Counted from the first letter of the stretch, positions 1 to 9,908 are shown. The stretch: DNA of 64,000 nucleotides from Thermoplasmata archaeon (GCA_028864975.1 JAGWLG010000005.1:32001-96000), one strand, 5' to 3'. Translations and numbers: made by a program. The notes: generated from the sequence alone by a model not told the origin.

Positions 1-167
1 TCCTCGTAAGCGCGCTTGCGGACCGCGTGGTAAGTGGAGCGGGGAAGCTGGGTCTGGCGAAGCCGTTCACGCTCGTTCTCCTGCCCTGCCGCGAGGAGCG
101 CACGGAGGACCCGCACCTCGGCATCCGTCAGGTCGCGCACACGAGCTCCGAGCGATGCCGGAGACAC
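1..167 (-). CDS. N-terminal fragment of a probable HTH DNA-binding protein (runs off window start)
   Basis: Manual translation from GTG at 167: VSPASLGARVRDLTDAEVRVLRALLAAGQENERERLRQTQLPRSTYHAVRKRAYEE. LTDAEVRVLRAL and LPRSTYH resemble HTH helices. Not in the ORF track. Confidence 0.45.
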   Translation of the reverse strand, partial: MSPASLGARVRDLTDAEVRVLRALLAAGQENERERLRQTQLPRSTYHAVRKRAYE

Positions 168-274
168 CGTAGCACGGTGTCCAGCCCTTCCGGCGCGGCA
201 TGGGACGGGGCTTCTTGTAAGGGTATCGGAGTTCCAGAATAGGGGAACGGAGGCAAGTTCCCACCGGTGTTCCC

Positions 275-1795
275 ATGCGTTCGCGTTTTGGATCCCTCTC
301 CTGCTCGATCTGGATGGTCGCTGGTCTGCTCGCGCTTTCGATGCTCCTGCCGTTCACGACGGCCGCTCCGACGACGGGTTTCACCTCACCGAGTCCCGGG
401 GCACCCGCGGAATCTTGGGCGTGGGGAGCGACCTTCGCTAAGACCGACCAGGGCACGTTCTCCGGGACCACTCAGAGCGGGGTCCCCTGGTCGCTCTCCT
501 TCAGTATCCATGGTTTCCTTTCCTGGAACACCGTCCTCACCCAGACCAACACGTCCACCACATCCTTCGAACTGGAGGCGCAGCGGGTCATCCTCGGCGC
601 TTACTTCCTTTCGGCCACCGGGACCCAGGGACCCACGACAGGCTCGGTGAATATCACGGTCCTGGCCTGGGAACAGGACCACTCCTTCTCCAATTTCACG
701 ACCACCGGCACGGTGCTGCTGAACGGCACCACCTCCGTCCCCGCGGTCGCGATCGAGTCCGTCCACGCCCTCGTGAACTCCAACCTCACCGCGAGGGTCA
801 ACGCGAGCCTCACCGGGGGCCAGACCGGCGCGATGCAGGGCTACGCGAGCGGGGCGGTCCACGCGGACGCGACGCTCAACTTCGCTCCGGCCCTGGGCCT
901 CGTCCCGGTGACCCCCGTACCCGACAGTTGGTGGAACTCCACGAGCACCTACACTGCCCAGGGGACCTACGCCGACGCCTGCCACTTCCAGTTCTCCGCG
1001 ACGAACCCGATGGGGGCGTCCACCTCCGGAACCGGCACCTGCGGGGGCAGCGGGTCGCTGGATGCGACGAACACGGTCTGGCTCCGGGGAACGGATGCGG
1101 GCGACGACTACCTCGCGGGTTTCGGTCACTACCGCAGCACGCTCTTGGAGCTTGGGGGAAACCTCGACTTCAACATCCATGACGGCCTGATCTTCGTTCC
1201 CGGTCACCTCGACGTCTTTGGAGGAACGGGACTGGGCGGGACCAGTCCCGCGAGTCCCCAGGGCACCGAGGTCATCACGGGCCACGTGGACCTGGACCCC
1301 CACGCGTCGCACTTCGGCATGATCGCCTCGAGCTCACAGTTCTCTCCTCAAGCGACCGCGACCGGCGCCCTCCCGAGCGGGCTCGCCGCGACGTACGACG
1401 GGACGCAGGCTACGGCCTCGTCCTCCCCCGCGGTGAGCGGGCTCCCCTCCTACAATGTGCAGGGCAAGCCAGAAAGCGCGCAATCTGCGCTCACGGCGAA
1501 CGGCTGCCTGCTGAACCCCACCGGCTCGCAGTGCAAGACCTCGGCCCCCGCGCACACGTTCCTCCTGCTCCTCGTAGTCGTGGCAGCGGTCGCGGTCGTA
1601 GTGGCCGTGCTCGTGGCCCGACGTGAACGCGGCCCCAAGGGTGGAGTCGCTTCCCGTCCGGGCGTCTACATCCCCTCCCGCTCTGACGCCGGAGCTGGAT
1701 CCCGGAGTGGGGTCGCGGCGCCCACACCCCCGGGCACTCCTCCAGGATCCCAGCGCCCGACGCCGAGCCAGGACCCGCTGAGCAATCTCTGGTGA
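275..1795 (+). CDS. Secreted, C-terminally membrane-anchored Thr/Ser/Gly-rich surface protein of unknown function
   Basis: Hydrophobic N-terminal signal region, many NxT/S sequons, C-terminal TM (FLLLLVVVAAVAVVVAVLVARR) and Pro-rich tail ending DPLSNLW. Confidence 0.75.
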   Translation: MRSRFGSLSCSIWMVAGLLALSMLLPFTTAAPTTGFTSPSPGAPAESWAWGATFAKTDQGTFSGTTQSGVPWSLSFSIHGFLSWNTVLTQTNTSTTSFELEAQRVILGAYFLSATGTQGPTTGSVNITVLAWEQDHSFSNFTTTGTVLLNGTTSVPAVAIESVHALVNSNLTARVNASLTGGQTGAMQGYASGAVHADATLNFAPALGLVPVTPVPDSWWNSTSTYTAQGTYADACHFQFSATNPMGASTSGTGTCGGSGSLDATNTVWLRGTDAGDDYLAGFGHYRSTLLELGGNLDFNIHDGLIFVPGHLDVFGGTGLGGTSPASPQGTEVITGHVDLDPHASHFGMIASSSQFSPQATATGALPSGLAATYDGTQATASSSPAVSGLPSYNVQGKPESAQSALTANGCLLNPTGSQCKTSAPAHTFLLLLVVVAAVAVVVAVLVARRERGPKGGVASRPGVYIPSRSDAGAGSRSGVAAPTPPGTPPGSQRPTPSQDPLSNLW

Positions 1796-1834
1796 GCTCG
1801 GCTCGCGCCCCTCTCATCGAGGGGGAGCAACGGA

Positions 1835-1954
1835 TCACCCGCCGGCGACGGAGGCGGCCCACATCACGGTGAGCCAGACGATAAGCACGAGGACGAGCGC
1901 CGAGCCGGCCAGCGCGAAGCCAAGCTTCACCCATCGTGCGGGAAACTCGTACAC
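1835..1954 (-). CDS. 39-aa single-TM small membrane protein
   Basis: GTG start, MYEFPARWVKLGFALAGSALVLVLIVWLTVMWAASVAGG*; TTAAG TATA-like box about 25 bp upstream; fills the intergenic gap. Confidence 0.55.
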   Translation of the reverse strand: MYEFPARWVKLGFALAGSALVLVLIVWLTVMWAASVAGG

Positions 1955-2021
1955 GTCCGGAACGACGGACCCGCGCACTTAAGCCTCGCGGGGGGCCGAC
2001 CTTTTCGGGGGGCGACTCGGA

Positions 2022-2900
2022 ATGCCTGCGCACAAGGTCCTCCTGATGGGTGGTGGTGCGGGGGTCGTCGGGAGCGGGGTCCTCGCCGAGATCGCCGGAC
2101 GCTACGAGATCCGGTCCTACCACCGGACCCCGGCGCCCTCCGAGCGAGGGAAGGTCGAGTTCGTTTCCGGGGACGTGGGCGAGGTCGGGCGCTTCCCAGA
2201 GCTGGTCCGCGGCGTCGACTCCATCGTGAACGTCGTATGGTACCGCCAACCGGGGCCTGACCGGCTGTTCGCCAGGACGGAGGCCTCGCTACGAGCCCTC
2301 GTCTCTGCGGCGCAAGCCGCCGGGGTCGAGCGCTTCGTGCAGATCTCGCTCCCCCCCGCGACTTCTCGCCTCGAGTCCCGTACTCCGTATCTCTACCACA
2401 AGCGGGCCTTCGAGAAGGAGATGGGGGCGAGCGGTCTCAAGGTCACCTTGCTCCAACCTTCCGCGATCTTCGCTCCCCAGGACCGGTTGATCCATGTCAT
2501 GTTGGACCTCATGCAGCGCCACCGACGATTCCCGCTGTTCGGGGACGGGGGCTACCATCTCTCTCCCATCTGGCACCAGGACGTCGGATGGCTCGTCGGC
2601 GAGGCGCTCGAGGACCGGCTCTCCGGGACCGTCCTCGCGGGAGGTCCGCAACGCTACACCTACCTTGAGCTTCTCGAGCTCCTCCAGCGATACGTGCCTC
2701 AGAGGGTGAAGCTCGTACGCGTGTCGCTCCCCACCGGCCGTCTCGCGGTCCAGTTCTTCAATGCTCTCGGGTGGCACGTGCTCTACACCTACGAGTACGA
2801 TTGGCTCGTGTCCGATCTGCTCGGGTTCGCAGCTCCGAGCCACCCCGGACGGGAGTTCCGAACGCTCGAGAGCTTCCTCGAGGAAGGTAGGCACGCCTGA
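2022..2900 (+). CDS. NAD-dependent epimerase/dehydratase family (atypical SDR, NDUFA9-like)
   Basis: N-terminal Gly-rich Rossmann motif (LMGGGAGVVGS), GVERFVQIS, YLYHK (YxxxK), PSAIFAP, GDGGYHLSPIWHQDV. Confidence 0.85.
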   Translation: MPAHKVLLMGGGAGVVGSGVLAEIAGRYEIRSYHRTPAPSERGKVEFVSGDVGEVGRFPELVRGVDSIVNVVWYRQPGPDRLFARTEASLRALVSAAQAAGVERFVQISLPPATSRLESRTPYLYHKRAFEKEMGASGLKVTLLQPSAIFAPQDRLIHVMLDLMQRHRRFPLFGDGGYHLSPIWHQDVGWLVGEALEDRLSGTVLAGGPQRYTYLELLELLQRYVPQRVKLVRVSLPTGRLAVQFFNALGWHVLYTYEYDWLVSDLLGFAAPSHPGREFRTLESFLEEGRHA

Positions 2901-2917
2901 CGGCGCGGGAACGGAAC

Positions 2918-3715
2918 TCAGGCGAGGGTCCCGCTCTCGATACGGTGTTCGCACGCCCCGCAGACCCATGCGCGCGTTCGGGTGAGGTTTCCCGGCGACC
3001 AGGACATGCCGCGTGCGCAGCGAGGGCACTCCAGCGAGCTGCGGAAGCTCACGTCCCCGGAGGGGCGAGGAGGGGGCATGGGGGCCGAGGGGGGCGCGTG
3101 GGCCTCCTGGAGCTGAGGTGCCGCCGCGGGGTCCTGAGGCTGACCCGTGGTGGGGATCGCTCGGCAGGTCGCCAGGACCGTGCACTCCTCGGGACCTGGG
3201 GTCCCTCGGACCGGATAGGTCGCGTCCAGCAGGCAGTTGGGGGGAATGTCCCCGCTCCGCATCTCATAGAGCCGGAAACCACCCAGCTTGGAGCGGACGA
3301 CAACGCGGTACTCGAGGGCGAGGGGTGTGGGGGTAGGGTTGTAGGCCACGACCTGCACGGGGATAGGTTCCCCCGGGGGTACGACTGGGAGCGGCACTCT
3401 GGAAGCGAAGTACGCGCCGCCGCCGGTCTCGCCCCAATCCACCTGCAACGACTCGAGCTTGCGTTCCCAAGTCGAGAAGAGCACGCGAGGCGGGGTTTCG
3501 GTCCCGGCGTCGGCAAGAGTGGGGGGCAAGGAGGTAGGACCGTTCGGTGCCGCCGCGCTGGGCACGAGGGGCTTCTCGCGGTAACGGTCCGCGAACGGGG
3601 CGAAGCCGCAGCTCTCGCAGGTCCATCCCAAGGCCTGCTTGCTCATCGCACCCTGCTTGCATCGAGGACATTGTGGGGAGTAGCTCGCTTCGGCCATGGT
3701 GGTGCTGGAGACCAT
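2918..3715 (-). CDS. Double zinc-ribbon protein
   Basis: CPRC..CESC at the N-terminus and CPRC..CGAC at the C-terminus; start moved from 3931 (overlaps moaA) to ATG 3715 or 3697. Confidence 0.65.
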   Translation of the reverse strand: MVSSTTMAEASYSPQCPRCKQGAMSKQALGWTCESCGFAPFADRYREKPLVPSAAAPNGPTSLPPTLADAGTETPPRVLFSTWERKLESLQVDWGETGGGAYFASRVPLPVVPPGEPIPVQVVAYNPTPTPLALEYRVVVRSKLGGFRLYEMRSGDIPPNCLLDATYPVRGTPGPEECTVLATCRAIPTTGQPQDPAAAPQLQEAHAPPSAPMPPPRPSGDVSFRSSLECPRCARGMSWSPGNLTRTRAWVCGACEHRIESGTLA

Positions 3716-3837
3716 GCGGAAACCGGCACGCCACGCATCAATGCGTGGTCGCACCGCGGACAATTCGCCAGATTGCTGCGAAATTCGTCGCCCTTTGTGC
3801 CGGTATTGGAAGGTAGCCTTCGGGGACGACCTTAGGG

Positions 3838-4902
3838 TCATCCCCCGATCGCGTGCATCGCGCGAGGCTTCACCCAGGTCTTCCTCAGGTCGCCCAGGTA
3901 CTGGACCCCGGGGGGTTTGCGGTCGTAGCATGCCCGGACCGTTTCCGCCAGCTCCTCGTCCGTGGCCCCCGCCCGCAAGGGCGCGCGGAGGTCGTGGAGC
4001 GCTCGATCGAACAGACAGGTCAAGAACTGCCCATCCGCCGTCAGGCGGATCCGATCACAGTCATCGCAGAAGGGCTCGGTGATCGGGGTGATGAGTCCCA
4101 CCTCCCCCTTGCCGTCTTCGAACCCCCACCTCTGGGCGGTCTCGCCGTCGCCGCGTCCGCGGGGGAGAAGCTCGTAACGGGAGCCGATCCTGGCCCGAAG
4201 GTCGTGGCCGCTCACGACCTTCTCCGGGTCCCAGGTGCCACGACCGTCGAGCGGCATGAACTCGATGAAGCGCAGGGCGATGTCGCGCTCGCGCGCGAAC
4301 TCGACGAGGTCGAGGACCTCGTCTTCGTTGTACCCTCGAATAGCGACGGAGTTGACCTTGAGCGGGGTGAGCCCTTCGCGGCGGGCGGCCTCGATGCCCT
4401 CCAGGACGCGCGGAAGGGCGTCCATCCCCGCGATCTGGTGGAAGCGGTCGCGACGCAGACTGTGAAGGCTGACCGTGACCCCATGCAGCCCGGCCGCCCT
4501 TAGGGCGGAGGCCTTCTCCGCGAGGAACCACGCGTTGGTCGTCATGTCCACCTCTTCGAGCCCCGGTATCCGGGTGAGGCGCCCCACGAGCTCCTCGACC
4601 TTCGGACGGAGGAGGGGTTCCCCTCCCGTGAGGCGAACCTTGCGGACCCCCATCGAGACCAGGACGCGGGTCAGGCGCTCGACCTCGTCAAACGAGAGGA
4701 GCTCCTGCCGCGGCAGCCAGTGGACCTTTCCTTTCGAGGGCATGCAGAACAGACAGGCGAAATTGCAGCGGTCGGTGAGGGAGATGCGAACCTTCCTAGC
4801 GACCCTTCCTCGGCGGTCGACCAGGGGGGCGCGCAACGCCGCTCCCACAAGAGGCCCTGAGGTCGAGCGGGCATCGCCTCCGCCAAGCGTGGGTGTCTCC
4901 AT
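3838..4902 (-). CDS. moaA: GTP 3',8-cyclase (molybdenum cofactor biosynthesis radical SAM enzyme)
   Basis: RISLTDRCNFACLFCMP (CxxxCxxC), LTGGEPLLR, FCDDCDRIRLTADG second cluster, C-terminal MHAIGG; start placed at ATG 4902. Confidence 0.95.
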   Translation of the reverse strand: METPTLGGGDARSTSGPLVGAALRAPLVDRRGRVARKVRISLTDRCNFACLFCMPSKGKVHWLPRQELLSFDEVERLTRVLVSMGVRKVRLTGGEPLLRPKVEELVGRLTRIPGLEEVDMTTNAWFLAEKASALRAAGLHGVTVSLHSLRRDRFHQIAGMDALPRVLEGIEAARREGLTPLKVNSVAIRGYNEDEVLDLVEFARERDIALRFIEFMPLDGRGTWDPEKVVSGHDLRARIGSRYELLPRGRGDGETAQRWGFEDGKGEVGLITPITEPFCDDCDRIRLTADGQFLTCLFDRALHDLRAPLRAGATDEELAETVRACYDRKPPGVQYLGDLRKTWVKPRAMHAIGG

Positions 4903-4961
4903 GGGGCCCCGAGGTGAGACGAACCGGTTAGGGCGTGAAGAGGCTTGCGGGAGCCCTTTCG

Positions 4962-5414
4962 TTACGGTGAGGGGGGGACGAAAACTGTTCGGAGCTCCTG
5001 GACGAAGGACATCAGGCGTTCCTCGGTGTCGGGGGACCTGGCCCTCGCCCAGAGAAGGATACGAGGGGGACCTGCGCCAAGCTCGAAGCCTTGGAGCTCC
5101 GAGGTGGAGGGGCCCTCGAGGGTCGGCAGCATCTCGCTGTCCGGTCGAAGCATGACCCGTCGGCGGCCATCTCGGAGCGCCACGATCCAGAGATGTCCCC
5201 AGGACTCGGCCCCAGCGCCTGGGAGCCTGCGGAGCACCGAACGTTTCCAAGCTCGAGAGCGACCGGGGTCGGAGGTCTTCTCCTCCCATAGGGGGCTGAC
5301 GTAGACCCCCTCCAGGCCATCAGCCCGCAGCGCCGATGCACAGGCTTCGTCGAAAGCGCGAGCGATGTCCGCGCAGGCCGCCTCGAACGGACGGGGCGCC
5401 TTGCCTTCGACCAT
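4962..5414 (-). CDS. Hypothetical protein
   Basis: 150-aa ORF with protein-like composition, co-oriented between the Cas4-like gene and moaA. Confidence 0.55.
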   Translation of the reverse strand: MVEGKAPRPFEAACADIARAFDEACASALRADGLEGVYVSPLWEEKTSDPGRSRAWKRSVLRRLPGAGAESWGHLWIVALRDGRRRVMLRPDSEMLPTLEGPSTSELQGFELGAGPPRILLWARARSPDTEERLMSFVQELRTVFVPPSP

Positions 5415-5435
5415 CGGGGGTCCATCCCCCGGCCT

Positions 5436-6290
5436 TCAATAGAATCGCCGACGCGAGAACGGCTCCTGCCGTTCGTTACGGTGGAGCTCCTCGAACCCCT
5501 TGCACGCGTAGCGGCACAGCCCGTCGCGGTTGGGCTCGCAGTGCTGACAGTTCCTCTCGGCGGGGACGGGGGCCCGGACCTTGTCGGCTCGGATGAGCGT
5601 CATCGCCTGCTGGAGCCAGTTCCTCTGCAGGTCCCCGTAAGGGACCTCGACGTATCCCTCTCGTTCGCCCCCACCTTGCGCGTCCCCGTAGTAGACCACG
5701 CCGAAACGAGGGGCGCTTCCCCACGTGGCTTCGACGAGCCGACACTCGGCGATGACCTGGAGCACGTCGAAGAAGCGGCCGTGGTGCTCGTGGTACCCTT
5801 CCCAGAGGTGGGTCTCCTTGTACTCCACGGGGAACACCTGTCCGTCGCCGCGCCGAACGACGAGGTCCGGCCGGCCGGAGAGCCCCCACAGCTGGTCGAT
5901 CAGGGTCGAGCCGTGCTGCCGGACAAAGGCATGGGCGTGGCTCTGTTCCGGCGGGAAGAGGATCGGGAGCCCGCTCTCGTCGGGGTCCTGGTAGAGGAGC
6001 AGGTCATGGGGCCCAACGATGAGCCGGCCCGGCTGGGCGTCCGAACTCTCCCCCGGAGGAGGTGGGAGGGGCGAATGCCCGAGGGGGGTCGTCCCGGTGG
6101 GGGTGAGGGGCATGACCTTCTGGCCGGTCCTCCAGGAGAGGTGCTGGGCGCGATGGAGCTCCATCTCGAAGGGGCAACGGAAGTAGGTCACGATGTCGTG
6201 AGGGGAGAGGTGCTCGACGGGTGGCGGCGACGGAACTGACGTTCCCGGCGTGGGAGCGACCCCTGCCACCGAGGGAGTAGCGGCCTCCAT
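5436..6290 (-). CDS. Solo Cas4-like PD-(D/E)XK nuclease with probable Fe-S cluster
   Basis: YFRCP near the N-terminus, GLSGRPDLV..PVEYK catalytic motifs, C-terminal CQHC..LCRYAC; start placed at ATG 6290. Confidence 0.8.
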   Translation of the reverse strand: MEAATPSVAGVAPTPGTSVPSPPPVEHLSPHDIVTYFRCPFEMELHRAQHLSWRTGQKVMPLTPTGTTPLGHSPLPPPPGESSDAQPGRLIVGPHDLLLYQDPDESGLPILFPPEQSHAHAFVRQHGSTLIDQLWGLSGRPDLVVRRGDGQVFPVEYKETHLWEGYHEHHGRFFDVLQVIAECRLVEATWGSAPRFGVVYYGDAQGGGEREGYVEVPYGDLQRNWLQQAMTLIRADKVRAPVPAERNCQHCEPNRDGLCRYACKGFEELHRNERQEPFSRRRFY

Positions 6291-6354
6291 GAGAGAAGTG
6301 GGGCGTGTAGGGGGTAATGAAGACCCCCTTCGAGTCGCGCGTGGGGGCCAAGGC

Positions 6355-9300
6355 TCACGGAAGCACGGAGGCGGGAGGGGGCGGAGGTCTCCGTGCGTCC
6401 CGTTCCATCGCGGAGGCGATGGCACGGCCCTGTTCCTCGAGCCGTGATCGCTGCCTCCGTTGAAGCCGAACGAAGGCCACCGCCAGCGCCATCCCGACCA
6501 AGGCGGCCCCTCCACCCAGGGCGCCGACTTCCAAGGGGGATAGCGTGGTCGATCGCGTCTGCGCAGTGCCGTTGACAGTGATGAGGAGGCTCGACGCGAC
6601 ATTCCTTCCGCCGCCGTCGCTGACCTCTCCGTAGACCGTGTAGACCCCGGGCCTGGCGTAGCTGTGCCCCACCGACGCCGAGGGGCAGCCCTGGCACGAG
6701 GGGGAGGGGAAGGCCTGAGAGAAGCCCGTCGAGCCATCCCCAAAGGAGAGGTTCAGGTGACGCGTCCCTACGCCACCCGACACGTCGTAATAGACCATCG
6801 TGGAGAGAGGCGCGGGTCCCCACCGTGGTGTCGCAGAGAGGTCGAGCACGAGGGCGGGTATCGTGCAGTTGCAGCCAACCTGCACCGACTCGGAGAGCTG
6901 CGCCACTACCTCGTGACCCGCACTGTCGAAGACTTCGACGGTCGCAGTGTACGAGCCCGTAGAGGCGTACGAATGCGATGCGACCATGCCCGTCCCGTTG
7001 GTCCCGTCGCCAAAGGACCAGGAAGCCACGTAGGGGGAGGTCCCTCCCGACGCATTCGCCCAGAAGGTCACCGGGTGGCCAGCAGGCGCAGGGTTGGGCG
7101 AAGATGCCACGGTTGTCGACATCGGACACCCCGTGCAACCTCCACGGACCTGGACGGTGATCGACGCGTTCGACGTCCCTCCCGTCGAATCGGTGAGGAA
7201 GACCGCGGCCGCGAAGGCGCCGGCAAGCGAATAGAGGTGGGTCACGTTGAGCCCGTTCTGACTTCCTCCGTCCCCGAAGTACCACACGGCCGCGTACCCA
7301 CCGGAACCCCCGGTGGGGTTGCTCTGGAAGGCGACGGAAAGGGGGGCGACCCCTGAGCTCGGGTTCGCGGACGGATTCGCGGTGAGCTTGGCACCGCCAC
7401 CGGTCACCGTGATCGTGAGCCCTGCGATCGACCATGCGCCCCGACTGTCGGTGACGTTCAAGGTGACCAGGAACGACCGGACGGCGGTGAAGGTGTGTGT
7501 CGGGTCCTGAACCACGGAGGTGCTTCCGTCCCCAAAGGACCAAGCGTAGGCGACGTACGTGCCGCTCCCACCGGTGGCTCCTCCTGTGAAGGAAACCGCC
7601 AGGGGTGCGGCCCCCGACATCGGTGTGGCCGAAGGGTGGGCGAGCAGGGAGGCGTTACTGTTCGAGACCGTGACCCACACCCAGGAGGACGCAAAGTGCC
7701 CAAGCCGATCCTCCACCACGACCGTCGAATTGTACGTCCCGCTGGCATTGTAGGTGTGCCGAGGGTTCTCGGCGTACGAGTGGGGGGTCAGGTCCCCATA
7801 GCTCCAGTTCCAGGTGTATGGGGGTGCACCGCCGAAGGCGGTCGCATTGAACAGGACCTTGAGTGGAACCGCGCCGGAGCTGGGGGTGGCGGAGGGAGTG
7901 ACCGCGAGCATCGGTGGGGAGAGCGCGGTGATCGTCAGGGACGCGTTGGACGTGGCTCCGCGCGAATCGGTGACCTCCAGCGTCGCGGGGAAGGTCCCCG
8001 GGGTCGTGTAGGCGTGGGCGGGGTTCTGGACGGCGGAGGTCCCCCCGTCGCCGAAGTTCCAGCCCCACGAGTAGGGGGTGCTCCCTCCGCTCGCACCGCC
8101 CGAGAAGGTGACGGTGAGGGGCACCGCACCGGACAAGGGTGTCGCGGAGGCCGAGGCCTGGAGCGTCGAGTTGGAGTTGCGGACGTAGACCCAGACCTCG
8201 GTCGAGCCCAAGCGACCGAGTGCGTCGGTCACCTGAAGCCCTGCAAGATAGGTTCCACTCGCGTTGTACGTGTGCACCGGATCCTGTGCGAGGGACTCCG
8301 CGCTGCCATCCCCATACACCCAGCGCCAGGTGTACGGAGCGCTACCTCCCCGCACCGTGCCGGAGAAGCTCACCGTCAAAGGTACGGCTCCCGAGGGGGG
8401 TGAGGCGACGGCGGAGGCCACCATCCCTGCCGAAACGTTCGACCAAATCCCTGCCCGATAGGTCCACGTGTCGTTGAGCTGGCTCCACAGGTAGTTCGCC
8501 CCTCCAAAGAGCACCACGTACCCGTCGGACCAATCGAACGTGGTCGCCTCCGCCATGCGGTTCAGAGGGTACTCCCAGGCGCAGGGACTGCCGCGCTGAC
8601 ACCAGATCCGGTCATTGTTCTGGGGATTGGTCCAGTTCCCGCTGTGGAAGGTCCACCAGATCTCCGGGTCGCATCCACCCCTCAGGCAGTTGGTCGCGTT
8701 GTCGTCGGCGTTCGTGAAGAAGGGTACGGCATCCGCTGCGTCGTACGTGAATCCATCGTCGTACGGCTCGGGTGGCACGGGCCCGGAGGGATGCAGGAGG
8801 ACCCACGAGCCCCCACGCCAGGCCCACGTGTCCTGTAGCATGTTCACCCAGAACCCGCCGGGCTCCGGATTGACCACCGTGGTGCCGCCGAAGAGCACGA
8901 CTTCATGGTCCGCCGCGTCGTAGGTGAGCCCCGCTCCGGCGCGCGCGGAGGGCGAGGTCGGCGGGAAGAGCTCCGTCCAGGCGCCCCCGACGAACGTCCA
9001 GGTGTCACCGCAGACCGTCCCACAGCCTCCATTCCCCCCTCCGAACAGGAGCATGTAGCCGTCCGCGGAGTCGTTCGTGAAGGCAGCGGCCTCTCTCGAT
9101 GGAGGCGAGACGGGGGGGTGGAGCTGGCTCCAGACCCCGGCTCGGAAGGTCCAGGTCTGTCCTGCCGCAGCGCAGGTCCCTCCGGGGGCGCTCCCTGTCC
9201 CGGCGAAATAGACCACCTCGCTGTCGAAAGGGTCGAACGCCATCGAGGAGGCGACGCAGCTCTCTGGAAAGGACGAGGGGAAGAGCTCGGTCCAGACCCC

Positions 9301-9774
9301 CGCGTGGTACGTCCAGGTCTCGGTCCCGTTCTCCGGCCCTGACCCCGTGGCCCCCAAGAGCAGAACATAGCCGTCCGCGGCGTCGTAGGTCATCGCACTG
9401 TCATAGATCACGAAGCCTGGAGGAGAAGCGCCCCCTGTCGTGGACAGGGCTCGTCCAAGCTCCCCCTCCGGGGGAAGCGGTCCCAACACGCTTTGCGAAC
9501 ACCGAAGGTTGTTCGAGAGTTCAAGGGGGCGCAGGGGGAACATCATCGCGGGATGGGTCTGGTCGCAGGAGCGGCCACCTGCACCGGCCCCGATGGGACC
9601 GAACGAAGCGAGCCCGGTGGGGCCTGGCATCGGGGGGCGGAGAGGGGCTGCCCTCGCACCGACGGGAGGGATGGCCACGAGCACGGCGAGACCGACCGTC
9701 ATGACGAGCAAGAGTGCGCTCGTCGAGGGAAGGGGCGGACGGCCCCTACATGAGCGTGCCGAGCAGGTGTTCAT
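6355..9774 (-). CDS. Kelch-like beta-propeller + multiple PKD domain surface protein with C-terminal TM anchor
   Basis: Repeated AxxYDAADGYxLLFGG..DTWxxxxGxW blades; about seven PKD units (Y.W.FGDG...P.H.Y...G.Y.V.L.V.D); TM GALGGGAALVGMALAVAFV; start at ATG 9774, about 28 bp below a TTTTTG box. Confidence 0.85.
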   Translation of the reverse strand: MNTCSARSCRGRPPLPSTSALLLVMTVGLAVLVAIPPVGARAAPLRPPMPGPTGLASFGPIGAGAGGRSCDQTHPAMMFPLRPLELSNNLRCSQSVLGPLPPEGELGRALSTTGGASPPGFVIYDSAMTYDAADGYVLLLGATGSGPENGTETWTYHAGVWTELFPSSFPESCVASSMAFDPFDSEVVYFAGTGSAPGGTCAAAGQTWTFRAGVWSQLHPPVSPPSREAAAFTNDSADGYMLLFGGGNGGCGTVCGDTWTFVGGAWTELFPPTSPSARAGAGLTYDAADHEVVLFGGTTVVNPEPGGFWVNMLQDTWAWRGGSWVLLHPSGPVPPEPYDDGFTYDAADAVPFFTNADDNATNCLRGGCDPEIWWTFHSGNWTNPQNNDRIWCQRGSPCAWEYPLNRMAEATTFDWSDGYVVLFGGANYLWSQLNDTWTYRAGIWSNVSAGMVASAVASPPSGAVPLTVSFSGTVRGGSAPYTWRWVYGDGSAESLAQDPVHTYNASGTYLAGLQVTDALGRLGSTEVWVYVRNSNSTLQASASATPLSGAVPLTVTFSGGASGGSTPYSWGWNFGDGGTSAVQNPAHAYTTPGTFPATLEVTDSRGATSNASLTITALSPPMLAVTPSATPSSGAVPLKVLFNATAFGGAPPYTWNWSYGDLTPHSYAENPRHTYNASGTYNSTVVVEDRLGHFASSWVWVTVSNSNASLLAHPSATPMSGAAPLAVSFTGGATGGSGTYVAYAWSFGDGSTSVVQDPTHTFTAVRSFLVTLNVTDSRGAWSIAGLTITVTGGGAKLTANPSANPSSGVAPLSVAFQSNPTGGSGGYAAVWYFGDGGSQNGLNVTHLYSLAGAFAAAVFLTDSTGGTSNASITVQVRGGCTGCPMSTTVASSPNPAPAGHPVTFWANASGGTSPYVASWSFGDGTNGTGMVASHSYASTGSYTATVEVFDSAGHEVVAQLSESVQVGCNCTIPALVLDLSATPRWGPAPLSTMVYYDVSGGVGTRHLNLSFGDGSTGFSQAFPSPSCQGCPSASVGHSYARPGVYTVYGEVSDGGGRNVASSLLITVNGTAQTRSTTLSPLEVGALGGGAALVGMALAVAFVRLQRRQRSRLEEQGRAIASAMERDARRPPPPPASVLP

Positions 9775-9800
9775 CGCCCATCCACTCGGTCGTCGAGGGA

Positions 9801-9836
9801 CAAAAAGGCCTCTCGGAGATACGCCCGAGATACGCC
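9801..9836 (-). promoter_or_regulatory. TATA-like box (9801-9807) plus upstream GATACGCC direct repeat (9818-9825, 9829-9836)
   Basis: Two perfect 8-bp copies with 11-bp period; the same arrangement recurs at 15147-15165. Confidence 0.65.
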
Positions 9837-9908
9837 GTTCCGGGGTCGCAACACGGCGCGGGGAGCCTCCCACCCGCGTCGAAGGAGGGAGCCGAACGGT
9901 CCTCGTCC

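Noticed and set aside
4903-5289. N-terminal extension of the MoaA ORF
   Set aside because: Overlaps the 4962-5414 gene and has low-complexity composition; start moved to 4902. The same reasoning was applied to the extensions at 6743, 9912, 25645, 45925 and 53367.
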